Positions 1-8,564 of a stretch of 64,000 bases of DNA are shown here, in pieces. A program made the position numbers and the translations under genes. Position 1 is the first letter of the stretch, and every line of letters starts with the position of its first letter. Under the pieces are notes generated by a model, which saw only the letters and a program-made list of their open reading frames with translations, was not told where the DNA came from and ran no database searches. This DNA comes from Promethearchaeati archaeon SRVP18_Atabeyarchaeia-1. Its GTDB lineage: Archaea > Asgardarchaeota > Atabeyarchaeia > Atabeyarchaeales > Atabeyarchaeaceae. The stretch is taken from the NCBI GenBank assembly GCA_037308085.1, contig CP147779.1, positions 1,984,001 to 2,048,000 on the forward strand. Direction: 5' to 3'.

Positions 1-686
1 ATTGGAAGGAGAAAATCATGAAGCGCGGTGAGAAGCTGGGTGACTTCATCCGCTACTTCGCAGACCCAAACAAGAACAGGGACTACACTGCACTGAACAG
101 TCGTGGCGAAGAACTACCCATAAGAATGCATCCTGGAACCTTTCAGAGTGTTCTGAATGCTCTGTCTAACGCAGCAGAGTACTTCGATGTCCGGGACGCA
201 AAAGAACTGAACGCCAAAGATATCCTCGAGCCTGGCAAGATGTCGGTGATTGACGTAACTGCTAAGCATGGATTCGGATTCGGCGCAGTTCTCTTGAGAG
301 ACCTGCTTGACAAGATCTTCGAAGCAAAAAGTCGCAGAGAAACCGAGGTCCCAGCCCTGATAATCATCGACGAGGTGCACGAATTCTACGGATCTGCGAG
401 AAGCCGCGAAGCCTTGTATACCTTGGACGCCATCTGCAGAAAGGGTCGCAGCCTGGAAATTGGTGTGATATTTGCTTCCCAGAACCCAGAGGACATGCCA
501 AAAGGTATCGTCAATGTTGTGAACACGAAAATCGGTTTCAAGTCAGATTCTCTTCGGGGAATCGATCCTGAGGCATTGAAGCCTGGCTACGGGATCGCAA
601 AAGTTCACGGCTTGAGTCAGCTGAATTTCGTGAAGTTTCCACTGTCTTTGGGTGGTGTAAGTGATGGAAGAAGAGCGAATAGATGA
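1..686 (+). CDS. HerA/FtsK-family ATPase, C-terminal part (frame open to the window edge)
   Basis: Walker B LIIIDEVHEF, arginine-finger region RKGRSLEIG and FASQNP motif typical of HerA/DUF87 ATPases. Confidence 0.8.
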   Translation, partial: WKEKIMKRGEKLGDFIRYFADPNKNRDYTALNSRGEELPIRMHPGTFQSVLNALSNAAEYFDVRDAKELNAKDILEPGKMSVIDVTAKHGFGFGAVLLRDLLDKIFEAKSRRETEVPALIIIDEVHEFYGSARSREALYTLDAICRKGRSLEIGVIFASQNPEDMPKGIVNVVNTKIGFKSDSLRGIDPEALKPGYGIAKVHGLSQLNFVKFPLSLGGVSDGRRANR

Positions 687-792
687 GGACATGGAAACCC
701 TCCTGAAGAAACTCCTAACTGAGAAGGAATTCGAGGTTCTGAGAGACATTGTTCGGTCTCGCGGCGATTTCAAAGTTGAGGAGGGGGAGTAG
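664..792 (+). CDS. Small acidic hypothetical protein (42 aa, MEEERIDEDMETLLKKLLTEKEFEVLRDIVRSRGDFKVEEGE)
   Basis: Not in the ORF track because it is short. Overlaps the HerA stop and abuts the next gene in the same frame. Confidence 0.5.
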   Translation: MEEERIDEDMETLLKKLLTEKEFEVLRDIVRSRGDFKVEEGE

Positions 793-2856
793 ACGTTTCA
801 GATCAAGTACACGTACCAAAAAGGTGGCCCGCAATATTCGTGCGCATACCCAAACATCAAAGACTACCACAATAACATATTCATAGTCAAGGGAAGGAAC
901 GATCAAGGAAAAAGCACTCTGATGCAGATGGTTGCCTTAGGTCTATATGGTCTAGACTCAGATGACATTGACAGCACACTCAAAGACAAGATGCGACGAC
1001 TCATATCGAGTGACACTGATATGTGTGAATTCGAATTCATAATCCAGAGTAGAGATGGCAACACCAGATTGGAGTCTAGCCTAAAGGATCATAAGATCTC
1101 GTTGTCTGAAAACGGCAAGGTGAAACCTCCGACCTACGTTCAAGATCACTTCAAAATACTTTTCGATGTCCCCGAAGAACCAACAAAGAAACTGATCTCT
1201 GCTTTAAGGTCAATAGATTATCACTTGGGCCAGTACGAGCTCTACGTTCAAAGATACAGAGGATGTATCAAGGAATCCCTCGACAAGATCGATGACTACG
1301 TGGATAAGGAGAACAGGCTTCAAGAGGAAGCGCAAGCGCTTGCCCTTAAGAACACTGAGCTTGGGAATCTTCAGAAAAGACTGGAAAGCGTGCAGGAAGA
1401 CTATTCTAAGATGGAGAAGGCATATGTGGTGGGCCTGCATAAGAGACTTTTCTACGATTTAACGGAGTTGGACAATCAGAAAGGGGAGCTAAACAAGCGC
1501 ATAAAACAGCTAAAGGAAGCTGGAGCCGGTGGAGGCAACAGGAAGTATGTCGAACGTTTGAAGATGTTTGGCGAGGTGCTGTCGACCCTTAAGCACTCGG
1601 TCAATACTTCGTCGTCTATCAATGATTTTCAGGATGAGGATGATAAAAAGCGCAACCTGTCCGTGGCCAAGGAAATCAATGACGTCTTTATGCCAAGAAA
1701 GATCAGCGATGAAAAGCAGAAGGGATGGAGGACTTTCTACGTTGACACCCTTAGAACCTTGGAGTCCAACCCATTGCAGAAGAAGAAGATGCCTGAGGAG
1801 GAACAGATAGAGCTGCTAGATCGGTTAATAGAGCTGCTCAAGGACTTTGTCAATATGAGCACAGAAATACCAGGAACTAACGGCAAGAATGTTAACGAGT
1901 TCTTGAAGGAGCTCGAATCAAGCAGGGGAAAATCGAAAAGCAGGATATCAGAGAAAGTCAGTCTGAATGAAGCGATAAAAGCCTGCAAGGAGATAATCGC
2001 AAACCTTGATACGTTTGCTGAAGTGACAGCGCAGATACCAAAAGAAGTTGCTGGAGAGGATGACCTTGATCAAGCCGATGAGGATCTTAAGAACGCAAAG
2101 AGAAAGTACGATAATAAGCTGAAGGAGTTCACCAACCTTCTTGGGCAGTATAATGCCATCCCGGAAAGAGAGAAGGTCGACCTACTGTCGACCAAAGAGC
2201 TTAGTGTTCATGATTACGAAAGCAAGAGAAAAGAGAAAACTGACCTGGATAGCAAGGTCAGGAACTGTCTCATAACTATAGAAAGCAAAAGGCAACTTGT
2301 TAATGATCTTTCAAAATCCAAGAAGCCTTCTGGCAGCCTCGACAAAGAAAAGCTAAAATCTGCATATGCTGCAACTGACGAGATTATGCGGAAAATCCAC
2401 TTGTGGAAGGACTACATAAGTTCGTTGGATCTTGAAAAGATGAGTTTCAAGAAGAGCCCTGATCTCGAAGCAGTCAAATTCTATGGCGCCCTTGGCGACT
2501 ACTTCGCCGATGTTCTAAAGGTCGTGTACTTCGAGAACAGGGGGTGGAATGTGCGGCAAATAGACTTCATGAATCGCCGTTACATTGTTGAAGCTAGAAG
2601 CCCGATAAGTTTCATCGATATCGGGACTGGGCACACTGCCCTAAACGCTCTACTAGCGAGAATGAAACAGGATTATGGCGGAAAGAAAAAGATCCTTCTC
2701 TTCGATGAGATAGGAATAATGGACGCTGGTAACATGGGCAGGCTACTGGAAGAAATAGGGAGACAGGTCAAAAGCAATGAAGTTCTATTCGCGTTGCTGA
2801 GTCAGGTCGATAATGAGCTCAACAGGCCGGAATTAGTACCTGTTAAACTCGAGTAG
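793..2856 (+). CDS. SMC/Rad50-like ABC ATPase with coiled coil (~687 aa; probable ACG start at 793, track start 922)
   Basis: Walker A GRNDQGKST lies in frame upstream of the 922 ATG. Long coiled coil, degenerate signature IGTGH, Walker B ILLFDE. Confidence 0.75.
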   Translation, partial: TFQIKYTYQKGGPQYSCAYPNIKDYHNNIFIVKGRNDQGKSTLMQMVALGLYGLDSDDIDSTLKDKMRRLISSDTDMCEFEFIIQSRDGNTRLESSLKDHKISLSENGKVKPPTYVQDHFKILFDVPEEPTKKLISALRSIDYHLGQYELYVQRYRGCIKESLDKIDDYVDKENRLQEEAQALALKNTELGNLQKRLESVQEDYSKMEKAYVVGLHKRLFYDLTELDNQKGELNKRIKQLKEAGAGGGNRKYVERLKMFGEVLSTLKHSVNTSSSINDFQDEDDKKRNLSVAKEINDVFMPRKISDEKQKGWRTFYVDTLRTLESNPLQKKKMPEEEQIELLDRLIELLKDFVNMSTEIPGTNGKNVNEFLKELESSRGKSKSRISEKVSLNEAIKACKEIIANLDTFAEVTAQIPKEVAGEDDLDQADEDLKNAKRKYDNKLKEFTNLLGQYNAIPEREKVDLLSTKELSVHDYESKRKEKTDLDSKVRNCLITIESKRQLVNDLSKSKKPSGSLDKEKLKSAYAATDEIMRKIHLWKDYISSLDLEKMSFKKSPDLEAVKFYGALGDYFADVLKVVYFENRGWNVRQIDFMNRRYIVEARSPISFIDIGTGHTALNALLARMKQDYGGKKKILLFDEIGIMDAGNMGRLLEEIGRQVKSNEVLFALLSQVDNELNRPELVPVKLE

Positions 2857-3762
2857 GTGATAACCATGAACGATTCAGGCATTTTGAGCGCGAATCAGAC
2901 CAGGGTGCTCGGGAAGTTGGTCTACAAAGGGAAAAACAGACCCAAGTCTAATCGTAAACTTGCCATTGGTCTGATCAAGAAAAAAAAGAAGAACCAGCAA
3001 GATTTCTACAAGTCTCTCTCCTTCCGTCAGAACGAAGCTAATCTACCCCAACATGAAATCGAAGAACTAGTAGCTAAGAACCTATTGAAGTTCATAAGCA
3101 GGAAAGACAAGCTACTCACGGTTACCTTGAAAGCGATGCTAGTTCTCGACTACGGAATCACAGACCTCTCGGGCAATATGGACGAGATGCTGAATGATTT
3201 TAACGAGGTCTTCTTCGAAGGAGTCATCAAGCTCTCCGATGAACCGCTAGAGGCCAGAGAGAAGGCGATTATATTGGGGCTGCTTGGCTTGGGGACAGTA
3301 TCAGAACAGTATTCTCTAAAGCCGGACAAAGAGAATCAAGAGGAACTCGGAAAATGCATTGATGACTTTGCCGTGAGCTTCATCAAGGAACTTGGCCCTG
3401 AATATGATGATGGAACCATCAAAGACCTGTGGCCGGGGGACGTAGTCGGCGAGGAGCCTGTGCTCGCACGTATGCGGAGAACAGATACTGTACAGGCCCG
3501 CACTGAAGGGGTATATAGGAAGAAGGAGGGCAGGCACTACCTGGACATACTGGCAGACGAGAAAATAGACGAGGCCAAACTGACATACCTATTTGAGAGG
3601 TTTTTCGACAAGAGACCCCTATCCTTTGAGGAAAAGAAGAAACTTGTCAAGGCCCTGGACGGCATCCAGGAACACGCGATTAGGCTAATCAGGAGCAACC
3701 CCCCATTCGATATGCTAGAGATTAGAAGACAGATCAGGCGCATCATAGAAAGTAAGCTCTGA
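2857..3762 (+). CDS. Hypothetical protein, possible N-terminal winged helix
   Basis: 301-aa ORF starting directly after the SMC stop. Basic N-terminus with an 'IEELVAKNLLKF...LTVT' wHTH-like pattern. Confidence 0.55.
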   Translation: MITMNDSGILSANQTRVLGKLVYKGKNRPKSNRKLAIGLIKKKKKNQQDFYKSLSFRQNEANLPQHEIEELVAKNLLKFISRKDKLLTVTLKAMLVLDYGITDLSGNMDEMLNDFNEVFFEGVIKLSDEPLEAREKAIILGLLGLGTVSEQYSLKPDKENQEELGKCIDDFAVSFIKELGPEYDDGTIKDLWPGDVVGEEPVLARMRRTDTVQARTEGVYRKKEGRHYLDILADEKIDEAKLTYLFERFFDKRPLSFEEKKKLVKALDGIQEHAIRLIRSNPPFDMLEIRRQIRRIIESKL

Positions 3763-3872
3763 AAGGTTTCTACGATGATTACCACAACGTCTGCCTAGAT
3801 GAATATCTAGTTTGAAAAGCAAAGCTGGACTGATTCCAAGGATAGTGGTCCGGGCAAAGGTGATAGCGACGG

Positions 3873-4358
3873 ATGAGTGAAGCATCTACTGAAAAAACCA
3901 AGATCAGCTCGTCCGAGTTGCTGACGGCATTCATAATAGTCATCATGCTCTTGGGGCTTACCACGTATGAGGTCGCCAGAGCGAATTCAGCTATGGCTGA
4001 ACTGAGCGGCTTCATTAGCGCTGCAATTCTCGTAGTTGCTGGAATCATTCCACTAATTGGCGACATTTATCGCCGCCCATATATCTATTTCCTGATTTTG
4101 CCTGGTCCATATGTTGGCTCGTGGTGTCTGTCATGGAATTTTTGGTCTTTGTTCGAAATCTCTCCATTCTTAGCGGGAGTCTTAGCATCGGCTATCTCGT
4201 TGAGCCTGATTACTTCCGTTCATAGATTTTCGCGCAGACGAGGCTCCGTCAGCTCCGCCTTTGCATTCTCGGGCAAAGACGAGATTAAGCTGTCAAGCGT
4301 CCTCTTATTGTTCACGGGGTTATTTGCATTGGGAGAAGCTCGGAGGCTTAACACTTGA
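3873..4358 (+). CDS. Membrane protein of unknown function
   Basis: 161 aa with several hydrophobic segments. Confidence 0.5.
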   Translation: MSEASTEKTKISSSELLTAFIIVIMLLGLTTYEVARANSAMAELSGFISAAILVVAGIIPLIGDIYRRPYIYFLILPGPYVGSWCLSWNFWSLFEISPFLAGVLASAISLSLITSVHRFSRRRGSVSSAFAFSGKDEIKLSSVLLLFTGLFALGEARRLNT

Positions 4359-4390
4359 GGTGGCCGCGCAGACAGAATTTTGACATCAGG

Positions 4391-4418
4391 ATTGCGTATA
4401 AGTCGGTTTTTGTGAGGG
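4391..4418 (+). repeat. dif-like Xer site, copy 1
   Basis: ATTGCGTATAA-GTCGGT-TTTTGTGAGGG. Confidence 0.7.
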
Positions 4419-4660
4419 ATCATCGTAACTCCCTGGAAGACAGATTTACGCCATTCATACGCTCCAGAAATTGCGCTAGTAAGTAGAGATTGTTCCCTCA
4501 GAGGGATCCAACTTGAATGGGTCCTCGAAGTACTCCACTGGAGTCTTTCCAGTCGACAGTTTGTGAGTTGCCGTTTTTGGGTAAGTTTTAAAAGGTTCAG
4601 AAAACCTCATAATATACGATTATCATCTTGGTTTTGGCGTTCCGTTTGTGGGGTGTGAGT

Positions 4661-6103
4661 ATGGTTTCGGGTCTTGTTATTGCGAAGGGCGAGACTGAGC
4701 TGGCTCTGCTGCCTTCGATGGCTAACAGGCATGGTCTGGTTGCAGGAGCCACGGGAACTGGAAAGACGGTGACCCTGCAGAAGATTGCTGAGAAGTTGAG
4801 TGGTATAGGAGTTCCAGTCTTCATGGCTGATGTAAAGGGAGACCTTTCAGGGATCAGCCAGGCAGGCGGCAGTAATCCGAAAGTTGAGGACAGGATAAAG
4901 ACTCTGCAAATCAAGGGTTTCACGTACGAGAGTTATCCTGTTGTTTTCTGGGACGTGTTTGGGCAGAGCGGCCATCCGATAAGGACCACAATAAGCGAAA
5001 TGGGGCCGCTGCTCATTAGCAGACTGCTGGGCCTCAATGATGTTCAGGAAGGCGTGCTCGCGACCGTCTTCAAGATTGCTGATGATAACGGATTGTTGCT
5101 CCTCGACTTGAAAGACCTCAGGTCTATGCTGCAAAATGTCGGGGACAATGCCAAGGTTTACACTACACAGTATGGGAACATTCCAACGGCAACCGTAGGC
5201 ACAATCCAGAGAGGGTTGCTTGAGCTTGAGCAGCAGGGCGGGGACAAGTTCTTCGGAGAGCCTGCTTTCGGTATAAACGATTTGATAAGGGTTGAGAACG
5301 GGAAAGGCGTTGTGAACGTACTGGCAGCAGACAAGCTCATAACCTCTCCAAAGGTCTACTCGACCTTCCTCCTCTATCTGCTGTCAGAGCTTTTCGAGCA
5401 GCTGCCGGAAATAGGAGATGTGGAAAAGCCAAAGCTTGTCTTCTTTTTTGATGAGGCGCACCTGCTTTTCAATGACGCGCCGAAGGCCCTGATTGAAAAA
5501 GTACAGCAGGTTGCCAGACTCATCAGGTCAAAGGGGGTTGGCGTCTACTTCATAAGCCAGAACCCCATGGACGTGCCTGAAATCGTTCTGGGGCAGTTGG
5601 GAAACAGGGTGCAGCACGCGCTCAGGGCATTCACGCCAATTGACCAGAAAGCGGTCTCTTCTGCAGCAAAGACCTTCCGGCCTAACCCGAAGATAAAGAT
5701 TGAGCAGGCAATCACTGAACTGGGTGTTGGGGAAGCGCTTGTCTCCTTCCTCGATGAGAAGGGCCAGCCAGGAATTGTCCAAAGGGCATTTGTTATCCCG
5801 CCAGGGAGTAGGATAGGCCCGATTACGCCGCAGGAGAGATCTGCCATCACTTCAAGGTCTGCTATGGCTGGGAAATACGAAAAGGCAATTGACAGGGAAT
5901 CCGCTTATGAGGTGCTACAGAGAAAGGCCCAGCAGGCTGCCCAGCAGGCTGCGAAGCCCGCAGCAAAGGCCGCTCCAAAAGGAAGGCAACAAAAGAGCGT
6001 TATGGATGCCGTGACCAAGAGCTTCGCTACCAGCGCGAGCCGGCAGGTTGGGAACCAGATAGTCCGAGGGCTACTTGGCTCCATTTTTGGGAAGAAGAGA
6101 TAA
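4661..6103 (+). CDS. DUF853/YjgR HerA-like ATPase
   Basis: [16 protein letters not shown] Walker [44 protein letters not shown] 4661 preferred over TTG 4628. Confidence 0.9.
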   Translation: MVSGLVIAKGETELALLPSMANRHGLVAGATGTGKTVTLQKIAEKLSGIGVPVFMADVKGDLSGISQAGGSNPKVEDRIKTLQIKGFTYESYPVVFWDVFGQSGHPIRTTISEMGPLLISRLLGLNDVQEGVLATVFKIADDNGLLLLDLKDLRSMLQNVGDNAKVYTTQYGNIPTATVGTIQRGLLELEQQGGDKFFGEPAFGINDLIRVENGKGVVNVLAADKLITSPKVYSTFLLYLLSELFEQLPEIGDVEKPKLVFFFDEAHLLFNDAPKALIEKVQQVARLIRSKGVGVYFISQNPMDVPEIVLGQLGNRVQHALRAFTPIDQKAVSSAAKTFRPNPKIKIEQAITELGVGEALVSFLDEKGQPGIVQRAFVIPPGSRIGPITPQERSAITSRSAMAGKYEKAIDRESAYEVLQRKAQQAAQQAAKPAAKAAPKGRQQKSVMDAVTKSFATSASRQVGNQIVRGLLGSIFGKKR

Positions 6104-6115
6104 TCCATAGGATCT

Positions 6116-6159
6116 GGGGCAAGGAGACACCCGTCTTCAAACCGGGTAGGAATTGCCCC
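6116..6159. mobile_element. IS200/IS605-type end hairpin remnant
   Basis: GGGGCAA...TTGCCCC flanking ACCCG-TCTTCAAAC-CGGGT. The minus strand reads CAATTCCTACCCGGTTTGAAGACGGGTGTCTCCTTG, resembling IS605-group subterminal hairpins. Confidence 0.5.
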
Positions 6160-6330
6160 ACTCTCTCCGCGGATTTCCTAATCTCCGGAGATGACTTGCA
6201 TGTTTGCCGTCGCTTTTCCCGATCCAGAAAGACGTAGATGGGTCTAAGCTTCTTCTCGGTTCTCATGCACCAGTCCGATTTTCCTTCAAGGCTTCTCAGG
6301 TCATCGGCTTTTGCGTGGCTGGTAGCCGAG

Positions 6331-6358
6331 GATACGTATAAGTCGGCTTTTGTGCGGT
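6331..6358 (+). repeat. dif-like Xer site, copy 2
   Basis: GATACGTATAA-GTCGGC-TTTTGTGCGGT. Confidence 0.7.
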
Positions 6359-6532
6359 ACTCCCTGCATTTCAGAGTTGGCGTGCATCACCGAAAGTTCG
6401 GTCGAGAAAGCCAAACCAGACATCAAGGCACTGCAAAGGAGCGGCGCCGACTCGAGACGTAGCACGCGTCAGCCATTGCATCTTGAAAAAAGAAGTTGCA
6501 GCCGAGGGTATTGGCCCCCAGCTCTGAATTCT

Positions 6533-7966
6533 TCAGCCTTTGCGTTTCCGGATCAGCAATGCAGCGACTCCCATCGTTGCAAACCCAGCGACAAACCCGA
6601 CAGCGAGGCCGTAGATCGTTATGACTACTGGAACTCCAGCCGTTCCCGGAACATACGTGCTGTTGAACAGCTCTCCGATCTGTCCGCTTCGATATTCAGT
6701 GAACCAGACATGATATGGATTGCCTGACTGGATATCTATAGACAGAGGCAGCGCTTGTGCAGTCGGAACTGTGTATAGGAGGATCGTTCCGGTGAATGTC
6801 GGCGATGGTCCGGGCTGAATTACTCCTATGTGGTTGTAGAGCGGCTCTGTAAACCACGCGTAGCCATCGGCGCTGGCGGCTATGTCCCACGGTCTAGCTG
6901 GCGGCGGAACATAGCCTACTGCCGTCACGGTGGTCGGAATACTCCATACAACAAAAGGATCGCCTGTAACATTGAGTGGACCAGCGAACGCAGTGGGCGC
7001 TACTGCAGCGAACTGGATGGTAATATTCAGTGTCTTAGGATTCAAAGTCGCAGGTTCTAGTGGTAGAGTTGCCGTAGTCATCGATATGCTATAGGAGGAC
7101 TTGTTTGCGCTGCCGGCAAGCTGCTCATCGACCAGTGAGCTGAGCGGCTGAGTAACCCAAACATTATCTGCTGTATCGACATCCAAATCCCATGTATACC
7201 CTGGTTTAGTCAAAGGATAACTCAGAGCACTCGGCGCTAGAGGTAAGGGTATCTCATAGAGTCTGTCATACATGATATCTGTTATGAAGAGGCAGGTTCC
7301 GTTAGTCGTTATCCTCGTCGGGAAAGCAGCCGAAGAGCCCGTTGGCAACTTCATTGTATACATGAAAAGTGCACCAGTGGCCGGCACCAATTGGTAGAAT
7401 TGTGTTCTGTTGATGCCTGTAAACCAGACACTCCCTGACTGCAGAACAAGGTCTAGCGGCTTTACGTTAAGGTTCACCAAGCTGTAGTCAACCAGCTGGC
7501 CTGTGACCCAATTCAAGCTGCTGATCATAAAGCTCGTCGGGTTAGTGAACCATACCACTTTTTGCGTCTCATTTACTTTGATGTAGAGTGGAGATCGTTT
7601 CAAACCAGTATCAGGGAGTACCCATTCCTTAGCGGTCGTCGAAGTCTGGGTATCCGTGGTCGCGGGAGTCAATTGGTAGACGACGTCCCTTGCGATGTCG
7701 GTCACCCAGCTATAACCATTGGAGTCGTAGGCAATACCGAAAGGCGTGCGGGCAGGGCCAAGGTATGCTATAGTAGTAAGCGGTATAGCCGGCAGAAGAT
7801 ATTCCCGAATCAGCGTGGTCAGGGGAGGATCCGGGGACCGCTGCACTGATGGCATCTGTGTCACACTTGCACCAGGAACACTAGTTGTCGCTGACTGCGG
7901 CAATACGAAGATGCTGATAGATAGGAGAAGAACAAGCATTACGCAGAAAGAATTCCTCGTTGACAT
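6533..7966 (-). CDS. Secreted, membrane-anchored Vgb-lyase/NHL-like beta-propeller protein
   Basis: Signal peptide, repeated P-x-x-I-A...V-W-F-T-E blades (PWDIAASADGYAWFTE, HVWFTEYRSGQIG), C-terminal TM followed by RKRK. Confidence 0.75.
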   Translation of the reverse strand: MSTRNSFCVMLVLLLSISIFVLPQSATTSVPGASVTQMPSVQRSPDPPLTTLIREYLLPAIPLTTIAYLGPARTPFGIAYDSNGYSWVTDIARDVVYQLTPATTDTQTSTTAKEWVLPDTGLKRSPLYIKVNETQKVVWFTNPTSFMISSLNWVTGQLVDYSLVNLNVKPLDLVLQSGSVWFTGINRTQFYQLVPATGALFMYTMKLPTGSSAAFPTRITTNGTCLFITDIMYDRLYEIPLPLAPSALSYPLTKPGYTWDLDVDTADNVWVTQPLSSLVDEQLAGSANKSSYSISMTTATLPLEPATLNPKTLNITIQFAAVAPTAFAGPLNVTGDPFVVWSIPTTVTAVGYVPPPARPWDIAASADGYAWFTEPLYNHIGVIQPGPSPTFTGTILLYTVPTAQALPLSIDIQSGNPYHVWFTEYRSGQIGELFNSTYVPGTAGVPVVITIYGLAVGFVAGFATMGVAALLIRKRKG

Positions 7967-8393
7967 CTCCCACGTTTCACTCCTTGCTCCCTCAGTTTCT
8001 TTACAGATAGTCCGTATATATGATCAATACTAGTATATATCCACCCTCCCCCCCGGGCGGAAGTGTTAAGTGAAGGATGAGCAGAGTTTCAAGGTCTTCA
8101 AAGAACTCAGGAAGACCCCGCACGTTGTTCTCAGAGACGAGGAGAGAAAGCTAGTCGACATACTGAGTAAGGAACTGAGGCTTAATCGACTTTCGGTGTA
8201 GTTTGCTTGGTGCATCAGATCCAGTCCGAGATTAGATTCATGCGTGATCGTAAGAGGGTCCTCTCGTGAGAAATTACACATTTCGAAAATACAGCGGCCA
8301 ACGCGGATCTTCGCATCCACTGTCAAAATAGCTAGCATTGCGGACCCTCAAGGCATCTTTATATCCCATTTTTCTGCCGAACTTGAGACGTAC

Positions 8394-8421
8394 ACTGCAT
8401 ATAACTCGGCTTATGTGAAGC
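8394..8421 (+). repeat. dif-like Xer site, copy 3
   Basis: ACTGCATATAA-CTCGGC-TTATGTGAAGC. Confidence 0.75.
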
Positions 8422-8564
8422 CAACCCCGCTATTCCAAGCCTGCTTAGCATTAGGGTGACAGCTTGCGAACACACTCATTACTGTCATATCAGATTGATT
8501 ATCCGGATGCGTCGTCGGCCTGCATGGTATAGCTTAGCGCGCGAAAACGAAAGAGGCGGGTTTG

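Noticed and set aside
790-792. TAG as a pyrrolysine codon
   Set aside because: No pyl genes are in view and TAG is an ordinary stop throughout the window. SD+ACG explains the locus more simply.
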